Source: Bispira polyomma
Lineage: Eukaryota
Direction: 5' to 3'
NCBI GenBank assembly: GCA_965649765.1
Contig: OZ287761.1
Span: forward strand, 23,622,001-23,686,000
Length of the DNA stretch: 64,000 nucleotides
This document shows positions 12,901 through 24,371 of the stretch, piece after piece. Position 1 is the first letter of the stretch; each line of letters begins with the position of its first letter. Made by a program: the position numbers and the translations under genes. Under the pieces are notes generated by a model, which saw only the letters and a program-made list of their open reading frames with translations, made no database searches and was not told the origin of the DNA.

Positions 12901-15900
12901 AAGCCTTAATGGTCTAGAACAGAAATATGCCACTCTTCCAATTTGGTGAACCCTTCTATTGTCCGAACACAAAATCTTGCTCTCTATGTCCCCAACATGT
13001 TCGGATAATAGAGGGGTTTTCAAAAAAAATTTCATTTATATAACATATATATACAATACGACATTACAATTATATATATGTGTTACAATATACAAGAGAA
13101 CACAGTAAAAGACAAACAAACATAATACAACATCACAATGATAATTTGTACATTCATCGGCCTTAAATATTTCTATTTCTATTTACATGTTTTGAAACAA
13201 AGCGACATTTGATTAGCTCTTGTATAACAATTAAAGAGAATGATATTTCTCTGATGTTAAAGTAACACACTCAGCCCTTCTGGCTTCGTGCATTAAACCC
13301 AAACCATTGATTGTTTAAAATTTGCATAAAACACATGTTTCTAAGTTTTATTCCTTATAATATTAGTGTTTGCCCCTTGGGTGGTCTTTATATGTACACA
13401 TTTGTACTCTGTGTATATTAATTAACCAGTAGAACCATAATTAATCAGAACTTCTGTTATGCAAATATTTTTAGTGTTAATAAACCCAGTTCAAACTCTG
13501 TAAATTTTTATCTTTTCTTTTTTTTTTTTTTTTTTCGGGTGCAGTTTTAAGACAATAATGTTTAGGGTCCCAGTCTCAAATTGACAGGTAAAATCGTTGT
13601 GAAGTAAACAAGTAAACAACTCCTGTGTCAGTAAGTAGAAAGCACAAGGAATGGGCTTCATAATAACTAAGCCTAAGCATAATAACAATGCCTCTGTCAA
13701 CAACTAACTGGTCATTATAAAATTTGCCACAGACAAGTGTGGCTGGACTTTACAATTTAAAGGTCAACTTAGGACTAATCCACTTGTTATCAATCATCTA
13801 TCAAGTACCCCTCGGGTGGGGTTGCCTTGAACTCATGATTTTAATGTTAGCTTAAACTGCATGGTCCCCTCAAATTCAAAAACTTAGACTTCATACAGGG
13901 GCATGGTTACCTTAACCTTAACTCAAGTATTCGTAAAGTGAGCTGGAGTCAAACTTAAATTCAACTGTTACAAAACTCAACTAGACTTAAGATAACCTTA
14001 ACTTAAATTGTAATTGTGTAACTGTAATACTATACCTGTGTAATCCATGAAAGAAATCTACATATACGGTAGTGTACTGCATATTTCACATTTTTATATT
14101 TTTACATATATATTCTCTGAGCAATTTATCATCTGAATGGAGTTGGCTCGATAATGTCACCACTTTCAAAATTGTTGTCTCTCAACAGCCCTCTCCCTCC
14201 CTTGGTAATCGTGTTTCCCTCCAGTGACACTCAAGAGAGTAATGTTAATATATACAATATACACTATCACAGTCAGCTGAATTTATTTGTCAAAGTTTTT
14301 TGTATATTTAGACCCGGTCACACTGAGCATATTTGTGTTTACGAAATTTGGGAAACGTAACAAAAAAGTCTATGTATGTTCTGTACACCTTTGTACATGC
14401 ATTCAGCCATTTTAGTGGAGATTGTCGAAAACGGCTGACAAACGTTTCATGCAACACAAAATTATGAGATTAAGGGGCCATACGGTCATGTATGCATCCC
14501 ACGTACACTGCTTACAAATCACCTTACGTAGCTCATTTTAGTCATTTTTAGTGTAATCAGGGCTTTAATTTTCCATGTGTACAAAATATAATATTAATGT
14601 CTATTTTACAGGGTCGTGTGTTTGTCCCACTGAAGGGCTCGATTGCAATGCGACAGGTTAGTAGTGCGGACCTAGTTATGTTACTTTGCTAACTGTGACC
14701 TAGTTAGTGGTGAAGTTAGTCAATGTTAGTGGTGAAAATGCTTATAAAACTGGTGTTGAGGTTTCAAGACAAGAAAATCTATGTTCATCAATTTTTTTTT
14801 CTGAATTTTCTTCCAGTTTCACCCATATAATTTTTTGTTACATATCTTACACTGAATTAAGGTAAATATTTATGTTAAATTCATTCATATATACATGTAC
14901 AATTACAGTGACCTTCACCTCGGATAGGCCCACCTCCGAGCCTGTCCTTGAACTCTCTGAGGTGGACTTTACATGCACCACTGACGCCACCGAGCCTTTC
15001 CAGCTGGCACTGATGTATGATGCCAATGACGGTGGGGTTGCTGTTGCCATGACAATGCTGGAGGTAGTGCCAGCCAACCAGATACAGTTCACGACCAGCG
15101 TGACCCTGACAAGGTCTGAGGACGGGAGCCGGTTTTTCTGCAGGGCCTCAGATCCGGGTGATGCCACAAGTTACAGGGATTCAACAGCCTCCTTTATTTA
15201 CACGGTTGAATGTAAGTCTTAGGGGTTTTTTCTTGTTTTTCTTTAAGATGTCCAATATTTGAAGACCCACAATCACAATTTACAGTGGGATATTTTTTCT
15301 CTCAAGTTGAAGAAAATGTTGTGGTTTTGGTTTGTTAAAAAAAAATAATTTAAAATTTAATGGATTACATTTTTGAAAAAGTTAAGGGGCTAAAATATAA
15401 CAGCAGGTTTTGTACTGTATTTTTTTATAATTTATACCCAAGAAACTTTGACCAGTTTATAACACGAATATCCACACAATATCTACACAATTGCTAACAA
15501 AGTAGGGATTAAGTTATTATAGGATTAATTTATCAATAACATAGTGTTTTATTATGCTTATTTAAACTCAAAATATTAAAAGATCTATAACTACATTATG
15601 ACAGGATATTTTTTATAAATATAGTATTTACTGCTAAATATCCTATTATTTGCTTTATAATATACTGTTGTCAGTCTTTTTAAAAGAAGACACTGGCTTG
15701 TATTTTATTGGTGAATAAAAGATAGCCTATAGGCCCTCGTCCATTATTGTGCTGTAAGTCAATCTTTTGTTCGCCAATAAAGTACACGCCCTTGAATTTA
15801 ATTTCTCCATTATGACAGAATTTATTTTATAAATATAGTATTTACTGCTTATTTAAACTCAACATAATAAAGGACGGGTCCGCGGTGGCCTAGTGGTTAG

Positions 15901-18900
15901 CAGGCATTGCGCTTCACAATCACTGGTCTCTCACCTCTGGGATCGGCTGATGTGGGTACAACTCCCGTCTATACCTATGTGGGAAAGGTGGTAGTTCCTT
16001 ACTGTGGGCCGCTGGTATTAGTGCAGAACCTTGATAAACTGTATGCAGTGTTTCCTCCGGTGTTTCCAACCACCCGTTTCAATATAACCCAAACAGGTAC
16101 TAGAGTGGACGTTAAATATCCCAATTCAAAAAAAAAAATTTTAAAATTCAACATATTAAAGGATCTATATATAAAAATTCAACATATTAAAGGATGTATA
16201 TATATTATAAGATCTCAACATATTATAGGATCTATAAGCTCAACATACTAAAGGATTTATACCCTTAATATCATATATTTATTTATATTTACAACCAGTT
16301 AAGAAAAAATAATAAAAACTCATGCCTTCCACTTTCTAGATGGCCCAGACAACGTGGTGTTCACCTCTGACACACCCAGTAACGAGAGCCAACCGGTGGA
16401 CACGGTGGTGACCCTGACGTGTACGGTGGAGGCCAACCCACCCCCGCTCCTTTCCATCTGGCGGACCAGTAGTGTCAACAGCATTGATAACACCGCAGTC
16501 GGGAGTGACGCAGCAGGAGGGGCGGACGCAGAGGTGAGTATATTGTGGCTGAAAATCGTCTTGCGATATAGTGTGATGGGCACAATATGTATTGGATCGA
16601 TTTTCACTTAAAGATCGTAATTATACTTTTGCAAAAATTAAAGAGAGCTTTCAGATCGAAAGAGACCCATGGTGAAGCATTGTAAACCACCGACCTACGG
16701 CAAGTATGTAAGTCTGTTTTTTCTAGGCTGATAAATAGCTTAGTTTTCCAACCGATCATCGACCTGTAATTGATTTTTCACCAAATTTCATTTTTCGAAA
16801 CGTTAATCTACTCAGCATGCCAACCCAGACCAAATAAGCAATGTTGGTTAAGCATTTGGTTAGCTTCAGCTGTTTGACAATTAGCATGTGCCGATAACAT
16901 GCATTCCACTTCATGTAAACAAGTGTTTGTTGCATAATCGATTAAAATTAATTCTTCCATTTGTCAACCAATTGTTCAGTCTCAGCTCCCTCAGGGAGCA
17001 TTCTAGCAAAAATGCCGACACATACGGCACACAAAGACTATAGCAACCATTAGCAGCCAGGTACATTATATTACACATTACATTACACATGAACCCTCAG
17101 ATCCAAAGTCTGTCACCCTATCTGAGAGGCCACAGACACAATTGTTAATGTCACTGATGATTGACTGACCAGACATCTAGATATTGTCTAGCCACTATAA
17201 TTCAAAATATAATATTCCACCCTTCTAGGCGGATGTCAAAGTGGCAGAACAGACTACCCCAGGCCTCAGCTTCTCCACACAGGTGGTACTACGTCGTCAC
17301 ATCGCCGATGAGGAGTTCTACTGTCTGGTGGCGCACGCGGCGGTTACTGTGTTATCAGACGAGAAACTATCCTATACCGTGACATGTAAGTACAGTACTG
17401 ATATATATATATATATATATATATATTTTTAATGATAATTATATTTCTATAGCGCCAACATACGGCCAAATGGTCTGTTCCCAGGCGCTTTACAAATGGT
17501 AACAAGGCCACTTCAAAACACATACTCTTGCAACAATTTATCGGTCAAGAAATACAATAGTGGTATTCGTGGATGTGAAGACCACAACCTTCATATATAT
17601 ATTCAGGTAAAACATAGAGCAAAAAATAACAAAAGGGGTATTGTGAAGAGGAGGGGTCTTCATAGGCAGGTGATTGCTTAATACAGGTGGTTTCTTCTGA
17701 AGGTTTGACTATATTGTAATAAACAGAACTTTAGGTGTAAAAGTCTCACCACCTTTAAGTGTAAATTATAATGCTCTTACAGCATGATGTGTAAGTTATT
17801 GTGATAGCTTGGGGTGGGATGGTAGTAACAAATTTGGGATATTGTTTGTCTAAAACCCATTCCTGTGCCAGGATGCTGTTGATCGCACCCTCCAGAACAA
17901 GTAGTAATCAAAACTAAATCAAAACAACATGTATGTTATGCCTAGAAACAACTAAAAGTAGTCGGAGGAAGTTAAGTATTCCCCCCTCAGTTGTATGAAT
18001 ACATGAATTTTTTTAAACTTGTCAACCCATCGGCCTGTCGGGTTTTTATGTTATATATACGTAACCAATAGTCTACTACCATAAAACCTATTTTTATCAT
18101 TCAATACATATATAGCTTCACATGTTCGACAATCAGCATGTGCTGATAACATGCATCCCATAGTTTCGAAATTCGCATCTTTTAAATTTATTTAATCCGT
18201 TAGTCCGAATGTTCTCGATAGCGGGACTATACGTACTGTCTCAGCTCTAGTGATATGTGCCAAAATTGTGAGAAAACAAATCAAGCTATAACTCTGCCCT
18301 CACACTTAAGTGAAGGCGATGTGTGTGTGTAACTCCTATATATATTGTATAATTCTTATATATAATCGCTAGGTTTTTGTCTGAGAGTATTTATGATATG
18401 GCTTTGTGTTACAAACTATAGCATAGCAAGGCCCACTGCAATACGTGTAAAAGTAAGACCAGATAGTGGCCACTAAAACCAAAATATTTTGGATTTATAG
18501 AAGGTTTCAAATTATAGAGGTTCCAACTGTGAAAAAAATCCTGTATCAATTTCAGACCCTGCCGACGCAGTGGAGATCGCGGGCAGCCCGTCGCCCAACG
18601 TGCCCATCCAAGAGAACCAGGACACCCTCATTACGTGCACAGCCGACGCTAGCCCTGCCTCCAACCTGTCAATCACTGTGACTGACAGTTTAGGAGTGAA
18701 TGTGCTGGCCGTGTACTGGGAGGTCACTACGGCAATGACCGTACGACTGGCTCTGACCAGAGAGTATGACCAGGCGACAATTATGTGTCGCACCGAGCCG
18801 GAGGGCCTGGAATCCGAAGCACTAAAGTACACAGTTATATGTGAGTATTTAGCAGTCGAACCTCAGGGGCAGTAGTCACAAAATGTCTTAGTCTTAACTT

Positions 18901-21900
18901 AGTTTTAAGACTTTTGTCTCAACATTTTAGAAAACAAGGTAAGATTTTTGTCTTAGTCTTAGCAGTATTCACAGCAGGTCTTACCTTAATCATAGTCTCA
19001 ACTTTGCTCTGAACCTTAAGACCAACACAAAGCAGTCTTAAATATTTAAGACTTGTCTGAAATATGACTGCCAGTTACATTTTGGATTCTCATAAAGGAA
19101 ATAAAAACATTTTTAGGAGAAAATGGGTTATTCCAGAAAGAAGTAATCTACTTGTTAGCCTTTTTAATGGAGAACTTCTTGTCAATTATTGTTTTAATTA
19201 ATATAATCAACAGTCAACTTATTCTTTACATCACGTAATACAAGGTTTCATGTGAGTCTAGTAAAATAACCAGGTTTGTTATTCCCAATCTTATGAGTTT
19301 ATTATACTCAAGACAAAGTTATGTCTGGGAAAATGTCTTAGCTAAGACTAGCTTTGTGAATACGACTTCAAGATAAATCTTAGCTGAGACAGAAATACTA
19401 GGTTGAGACTATTGTGAGACTAAGTTAAGACTAACACTAAGACCTTTTGTGAATACCACCCCTGGTGATTGAGATGGTGCCACATAACAGTAAATTTAGA
19501 CAGTGTAATAAGCAGCAAGGATTGAACCTGATACCCTTTGATCAAAAGTCAAATACTCTAACCACTGGACCACCACAGAGGCCACATTAAATCAAAATAC
19601 TCTACAATATAAAAAATAAAATATACCCTCAATTGGCTTTCATATTTGGATGGAATGTGTTTTCTGTATGTCTATATTTTTTTTTCATTTTTTCTATCTC
19701 CCCTATTATGTATGAGTTAAAAGGCCAAGGCACTCAAAGCCGAGACAAACACAGCAACTAAGAACCCTATATGTATTGAATCTTACTGATCTAATAAAAG
19801 CACACCTGTATTCTCCATTGTACACATATTCCTGATTCCTGGTCTGACATTTGTATATTAAATTGTCATGTATTGTCTTACATTGTATTGTACTGCACTG
19901 TATGTGTTACCTAATGCCGTGGTCACACTGAGTAAGTTCGCGTCACGTTTTTTTCGTGAACAGGAAAAAACTAAGTGAAAAATCGGGAAACGTCGCAAAA
20001 ATCAAATGTATGGGCCATTTTGTACACGATCAGTACGCATCTGTGCACGTTTGTACACGTATTTATTACGTTTTAATAGCCATTTCAATTATGTTTAACT
20101 CGTTAGCCACGTTTTAATGATACACTAGCCTCATTAGCCACATTAGCCACGTTTCTAGAAATACGTTAGCCACGCTTTTAAACCTGTTTCAATCCGTTCT
20201 GCTCGTTTTTAACGTTTGTAAACCCGTTTTGTTCTCGTTCTCCCCGTCCTTAATATTATTTGTAGGTATAGTTCATTTCACTCCCATCCTTTATGTCAAA
20301 TACTGGTTTAATATGTGTCATACGTTTGCCGCAAACGCACCACCTGTTTCCGGGAAACTGTTCAGCAAACGGCTAAAAATGTGAAATATTTCGATCAATA
20401 CGAAAATTAAGACGTTTGTTTTTTTAAAAACGGGAAAATAAGAAAACTTAAGGTACCATATTTTACTTACGTTTACTCAAATTACTTACGTTTACTACGT
20501 TTGACTTAGGTCCACTTCGTTTTAGCTTACTTTAGCCATTTTTGTGCGTAAGCAAAACGTAAGGCCAGTATGACCACGGCATTAGTGTGACATTTGTATA
20601 ATAAATTGTCATCTATGTATTTCTTACATTGTATTGTATTGTAGTGTCTGTGTATATACATGAAATAAAAAACAATTATTTACATATTCCCTGTACAGTA
20701 CACTACTGAGCTTTGAAAAAGGCCTTCATACATATATTTCTCTTTTTATTCTTTTTTCTTTCTATTCCCCAACTCTCAGACAATCCGTCAGAGGTTTCCC
20801 TCACCGCCGACGTCTCAGATGGATCCCTGGTTGCCGAGGGGACTGCAGTGACGTTTAACTGCTCCCTGGAGGCCCGGCCCGCCCCCGTCCTCTCCCTCTG
20901 GTTCTACGACGGCCGCACAGAGCAGAAGGCAGACTTTAGGACCTTCACTGACCACCAGCTGGCGGTGACCTTTACCCTACAGAGGGAGCACAGTGGGGTG
21001 GAGTTCTACTGTCTGGCTGAGCTGAGCGCGCCAGAGTACCGGCTCACCTCCAACGGGATGTCTTATAGAGTGGAATGTAAGTACAGGCTCACGTGTAATA
21101 GGGATATCTTATAAAGTGGAATGTAAATTCTTTGTCAATTAAAACGCTCTTCATTTCAGCTACATTGTTAGCCAGAAAACAAATTTACATTAGTTATGCA
21201 TGACCTTTATCAGAATATGGCGCTATGGATTTATTTGACAATTGTTCCAAAAAGTTGCAACGTATGCTGGAAACTGTATGACAAGATTTTTGTCTAGTCA
21301 TCACAAATGGATATAAGGCTACAAAACAAACTTGTATCTTATCAGAGTGTGGGCTTCAGTCTCTTATATATCGACGGTCCATTAGGAAATCTGTTCTGAT
21401 GTATGAGATCGGGAATAACCTAATATCTCAATACCAACTCAACCTCTGTCCACGAATTGTTTATGGAAGCCAAAATTATAATCTGCGTAACAGCAAAAAT
21501 ATTGAACTTTTATCTTGCCACAAACATTACTATTTCAAAATGGATTTTTTATTTATCAGCAGTTAAGTAATGGACTGAAGTCAGTTGGGCTGTTAGCCGA
21601 CAACATAGAGGTTGAAAGGGAAAAAATTCATTGAAATGAAGCAAAGAATGGATAAAAAATCTTTGTAAATAGTGCTGCAGCTAAAGATCAGCTAAAAAAT
21701 GGTAAAGCTGATTGCTTAGCTCCGCCCACTTTTGATTCTTCGGAAAAAATAATACACAAAACATGGCCTGGTTCACAACAATTTAAATTAACATAGAACT
21801 GTAAATTTTCAGACAATGCCACCCAGGTGATAATCACCAGTGACCGGCCCACGGGGGCCACTGTACAGGAAGACGCTCTGGTCGCATTGACGTGTACCAC

Positions 21901-24371
21901 TGACCGACACCCGCCAGGCGAACTCTCCCTCATACACACCACCACGGGGCAGGTGATCTCGAGTAACCGAGACAATGAACTCACAGTATCCTTGCGGCTA
22001 GACAGGACCTACCATGGGTCCTTACTGCAGTGTCGGGTTGCCGACGACGACTATAGCATGCTGTCTTCGGGGGGATACCAGTATTATGTGGAATGTGAGT
22101 CTCTGTTGGTTTTTGAACAAAGCATGGTATAATGGAAAAAATAAAAATACAATACAATTTTTGGTGTCTAAAAGAATAATTGCGAAAATCTGTTTTTTTG
22201 TTTAATTTATTCAAAGAGAAAAAGCATAGTTTGCACATTATGTAGAGATAATTGTATCTTCTTCTTTTTTCTTATTTAATGTTTTTAGAGAATCGCATGG
22301 TTACAGTTCAAAAACAAAAAAGATGACAATAATAATGTGAATACAATAATGACAAGTTTTACTGAAATCCACAAATATACACAATTACTGATAATAAAAA
22401 TATTGTTAACAAAACCGTGTCCTCTGTGCCTCTTTCCAGTCCTGCCCAGTGAAGTGTCGATGTCTGTCACTCCCAGCAAGACAACCACGGTCAGCGAAGG
22501 GACGCTGGTCACTCTCACGTGTACCACAGACGAGCACAATCCCCCACAGTCCATCAGCTGGTTCCTAGACGATGGTGGGGAGGCGGCGGCAGCAGCGCCG
22601 GAGGCCGAGAACGCGAAAGAGGATCTGGTCAGAGGAAATAGCAATGGCTGGGTGGCCACGAGCAAGCTAACTGTCACTGCGGCAACCAGTCTGGACAATG
22701 CCACCTTCATGTGCCGTGTGGGCAAAGTCAGCGATAGCTATACCCTCCATGTGGATGAGTTGGGTTTGTTGACTTTTTTGGCTGTTAATCACACTTTTTA
22801 ACAACTTTCTGTCTGAAATATTGAGTAAAATTGAGATTAAATCTTGGAAAATTTGGTAAATACTACAGTTTTCAAATACACATTCATGGGCGCCGGGTGA
22901 TACGGTAGAATCTATCACCTGGCTCATATTAACCACAAAAACATCATACTTACGTCACAATGGATAACAAATATATTAAATTCAAGGCAATTGTCCTCAT
23001 TTTTAAGACTGTCCATGTGCAGCAACCTGCCTACTTATCATTTTTGACTTGTCTCTCAGTCATTTTACCAGAGGAAATCGACTCTTACCCAAAAAAAACT
23101 GCTGGTTGAAAATCATTTAAAGTTGCACTACCCGCTGAGTGAAATGGTCCCTCCTGCTAGTCTTTGCACTGAGACAAAGGTCACGGTTTTCAGAAAAATG
23201 CTCAAAACACATCTGTACCAACTTCGCCCTTAACCTTCGTCTCCTAGTCATGTCTGAACCTTTTCACTTTTTGACTATTCTTTTGCACACTGATTGGGAC
23301 GGGTGCCAAACAGGATGCCTGGTCATCGCTTGTGGCCGCTATAGAACTAAAACATTAACATATAATACAAAATAACAAATACCGATATATAGATATATAT
23401 AAATGTTTTGTTGATGCCTACATTAGTACATAAAGACAATAAAAAGAAAACAATTAAAATACATAATAGTCGTAGAACAGTACTAGAAAATTAAGAAGAA
23501 GAAATTTTAAAAATCCATTTTAAAATGTAATGGTCAAACAACAGTGCTCAGAGAATGTGATGTTTTCCATATAATTTACAATTCAATAATGACCTTATGC
23601 CTGATCAAAATTTAAATAAATCTTTTCTTTTTCCTTTTTCTGTACACACATAATATTTCATTTGAGTAGATACGATCAATTATTTTTGCATCAGGGGTAT
23701 GGTTTAAATGTTTCTTTGTTTATAGCACATGAGTAAATATACTGATAGTATGATAAGGTTGATAGGAAAGAATATTTTTGCTTTAGTTTTCTTGTTCCCT
23801 TAACTTTTATCGCAATAAATTACTTACCTACAAATTTGGGTTCCTGGGGTATAATGCTTGTTTTTCTACTTCTATTTCCCACTTACTCTAAAAATAAAAC
23901 ATTTAAATACTGCAAATAAATTGCAGAACAGGAAGTAATCAAAATCAAATCCTATTGATAAGTTTTACTTTTACATGATCAATTAATAGATTCTTTTTTT
24001 TGTCCTATCTGTATTGTAATGCTGTGTTTTTTTGTGAATTGTGCTTAATTTATATGTAAAATAAATTAAAAAGTTTCACTTAATTACACATGTGTTGTTT
24101 TTTTCCAGAGGAGCTCCCACCCTCGATAGACAAGCTAACATTGGGCCTGGGTGTGGCTGGGGCAGTGGTGGGCCTGGGGGCAGTCCTAGGGATTGTCGCA
24201 GCGATCATCATGAAAGTCGGCGGTGCATCCCCTGCGAGTAGTGGTGGAAAAGGACTGCTACAACAGCAGACTTACCAGAACCCCAACTACAGTGACTCCA
24301 GGAGGCCTTATATACCACGGGGCTACCGGAGCAGACCCCCAACATATGACTTTTACAAGCAGAGGTTTTGA
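395..24371 (+). CDS. Gene 1 (5'-partial, 18 exons in window): CUB-CUB-LamG/pentraxin-like-EGF-like-6xIg-like single-pass type I membrane receptor/adhesion protein
   Basis: Exons 395-544, 1975-2096, 2895-3171, 4537-4575, 5745-5983, 7751-7933, 8646-8744, 10255-10417, 11941-11982, 14612-14656, 14909-15211, 16340-16533, 17229-17385, 18556-18840, 20780-21076, 21813-22094, 22440-22763, 24109-24371. All are AG/GT bounded and phase-compatible, total 3464 nt, open to TGA at 24369-24371. Confidence 0.85.
1128..1201 (+). pseudogene. Decayed duplicate of the 3' end of the CUB exon including its donor
   Basis: tggcagtttgtcaccgtatgagagc...atttgaagcagcctactcctatcata|gtaag parallels 478-550; frameshifted. 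Confidence 0.7.
1600..1870 (-). mobile_element. LINE (L2/CR1-group) 3' end fragment
   Basis: Shares agcgccaaattgatga...gctgatatc...aagcatccacca with the copy at ~33860, which continues into RT C-terminal sequence. Confidence 0.6.
1975..2096 (+). CDS. Gene 1 exon: N-terminal part of second CUB domain
   Basis: CGGSSRVSGGTVSSDGYPSAYAAGQSCAWKIEAPYGSQIE (CGG...G.I.SP.YP..Y.....C.W.I pattern). Confidence 0.9.
2377..2827. repeat. Intronic 31-bp minisatellite, about 14 copies
   Basis: Unit aacattgtagagcaggctgttacatcctctt. Confidence 0.9.
2895..3171 (+). CDS. Gene 1 exon: remainder of second CUB domain with inserted RRRR loop
   Basis: VSFNAGFHLDCANNDSLEFFDGG...LHCGTTVPAGFTSQTNHLLAVFISGGGQQLPGELSFAASRRRRQTGNIGFEFSYTFVT. 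Confidence 0.9.
3446..3670 (+). mobile_element. tRNA-derived SINE (family A) with 16-bp target-site duplication
   Basis: A box tggcctagtgg, B box gttcgaatccc, caaatt tail; TSD tactggatctctacag at 3430-3445 and 3671-3686. Confidence 0.9.
4537..4575 (+). CDS. Gene 1 39-nt linker microexon (GNLPCKTTSEMES)
   Basis: Strong T-tract acceptor ttttag|, donor cag|gtacat, symmetric phase 1-1. Confidence 0.65.
4681..4950. mobile_element. MITE-like element with internal ~20-bp repeats
   Basis: Inverted ends aggggccctcatgtagaaat / atttctacttgaggccct; internal tttattgactttcaaactc repeats. Confidence 0.55.
5745..5983 (+). CDS. Gene 1 exon: LamG/pentraxin-like (concanavalin A-like) domain part 1
   Basis: ...GIVGNAVYLDG...CFFDLGECLNGATLAMWL, typical of Laminin_G_3/pentraxin-like domains; |gtaagt donor. 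Confidence 0.88.
7751..7933 (+). CDS. Gene 1 exon: LamG-like domain part 2
   Basis: DGDLEMFQILSNGGQTGESYGWSVFL...; cctag| and |gtgagt; phase 0-0. Confidence 0.85.
7928..8595 (+). repeat. ~36-40-bp minisatellite starting at the exon donor
   Basis: Unit gaggtgagtgaccactaactaaacatggtcagtatt, about 17 copies. Confidence 0.9.
8646..8744 (+). CDS. Gene 1 exon: LamG-like domain part 3
   Basis: AKWVHVAITFDNTGIYLYKDG = LamG WxHVxxT...LYxDG signature. Confidence 0.9.
10255..10417 (+). CDS. Gene 1 exon: LamG-like domain part 4
   Basis: FVFG...GYIDELLFWDSAKDPEFI = LamG GxIDExxxW signature. Confidence 0.9.
11941..11982 (+). CDS. Gene 1 42-nt microexon: EGF-like module first half (DDRETCSPPYECVD)
   Basis: ttttgcag| acceptor, cg|gtaagt donor, phase 1-1. 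Confidence 0.8.
14612..14656 (+). CDS. Gene 1 45-nt microexon: EGF-like module second half (GSCVCPTEGLDCNAT)
   Basis: tttacag| acceptor, cag|gttagt donor; CxC...G..C. Confidence 0.8.
14909..15211 (+). CDS. Gene 1 exon: Ig-like domain 1
   Basis: VDFTC...LTRSEDGSRFFCRA; phase 1-1. Confidence 0.9.
15876..16135 (+). mobile_element. tRNA-derived SINE (family A)
   Basis: High similarity to 3446-3670; imperfect TSD tcaacata(a/t)taaagga. Confidence 0.88.
16340..16533 (+). CDS. Gene 1 exon: Ig-like domain 2, first half
   Basis: YGPDNVVF...VTLTCTVEANPPPLLSIW. Confidence 0.9.
17229..17385 (+). CDS. Gene 1 exon: Ig-like domain 2, second half
   Basis: ADVKVAEQ...LRRHIADEEFYCLVAH...LSYTVT. Confidence 0.88.
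18556..18840 (+). CDS. Gene 1 exon: Ig-like domain 3
   Basis: ITCTADASPASNL...LTREYDQATIMCR. Confidence 0.9.
18864..19464. mobile_element. Non-autonomous DNA transposon/MITE of the abundant ggggccgtattcac / ttagtctta family
   Basis: caggggcagtagtcacaaaa...ttttgtgaataccacccctg inverted ends; related pieces at ~9307, 35548-35810, 50250-50500, 50895-51004, 56100-56310. Confidence 0.7.
19914..20582. mobile_element. MITE with terminal inverted repeats
   Basis: atgccgtggtcacactg ... cagtatgaccacggcat (1 mismatch), flanked by TA. Confidence 0.8.
20780..21076 (+). CDS. Gene 1 exon: Ig-like domain 4
   Basis: EGTAVTFNCSLEARPAP...LQREHSGVEFYCLA. Confidence 0.9.
21813..22094 (+). CDS. Gene 1 exon: Ig-like domain 5
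   Basis: EDALVALTCTTDRHPP...LDRTYHGSLLQCRV. Confidence 0.9.
22440..22763 (+). CDS. Gene 1 exon: Ig-like domain 6 (C2/CD80-like)
   Basis: EGTLVTLTCTTDEHNPPQSISW...SKLTVTAATSLDNATFMCRV; donor g|gtttgt inferred from phase. Confidence 0.85.
24109..24371 (+). CDS. Gene 1 last coding exon: transmembrane helix and Tyr-rich cytoplasmic tail
   Basis: LTLGLGVAGAVVGLGAVLGIVAAIIM-K then tail with YQNPNY and PPTY, TGA stop; ttttccag| acceptor. Confidence 0.88.
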
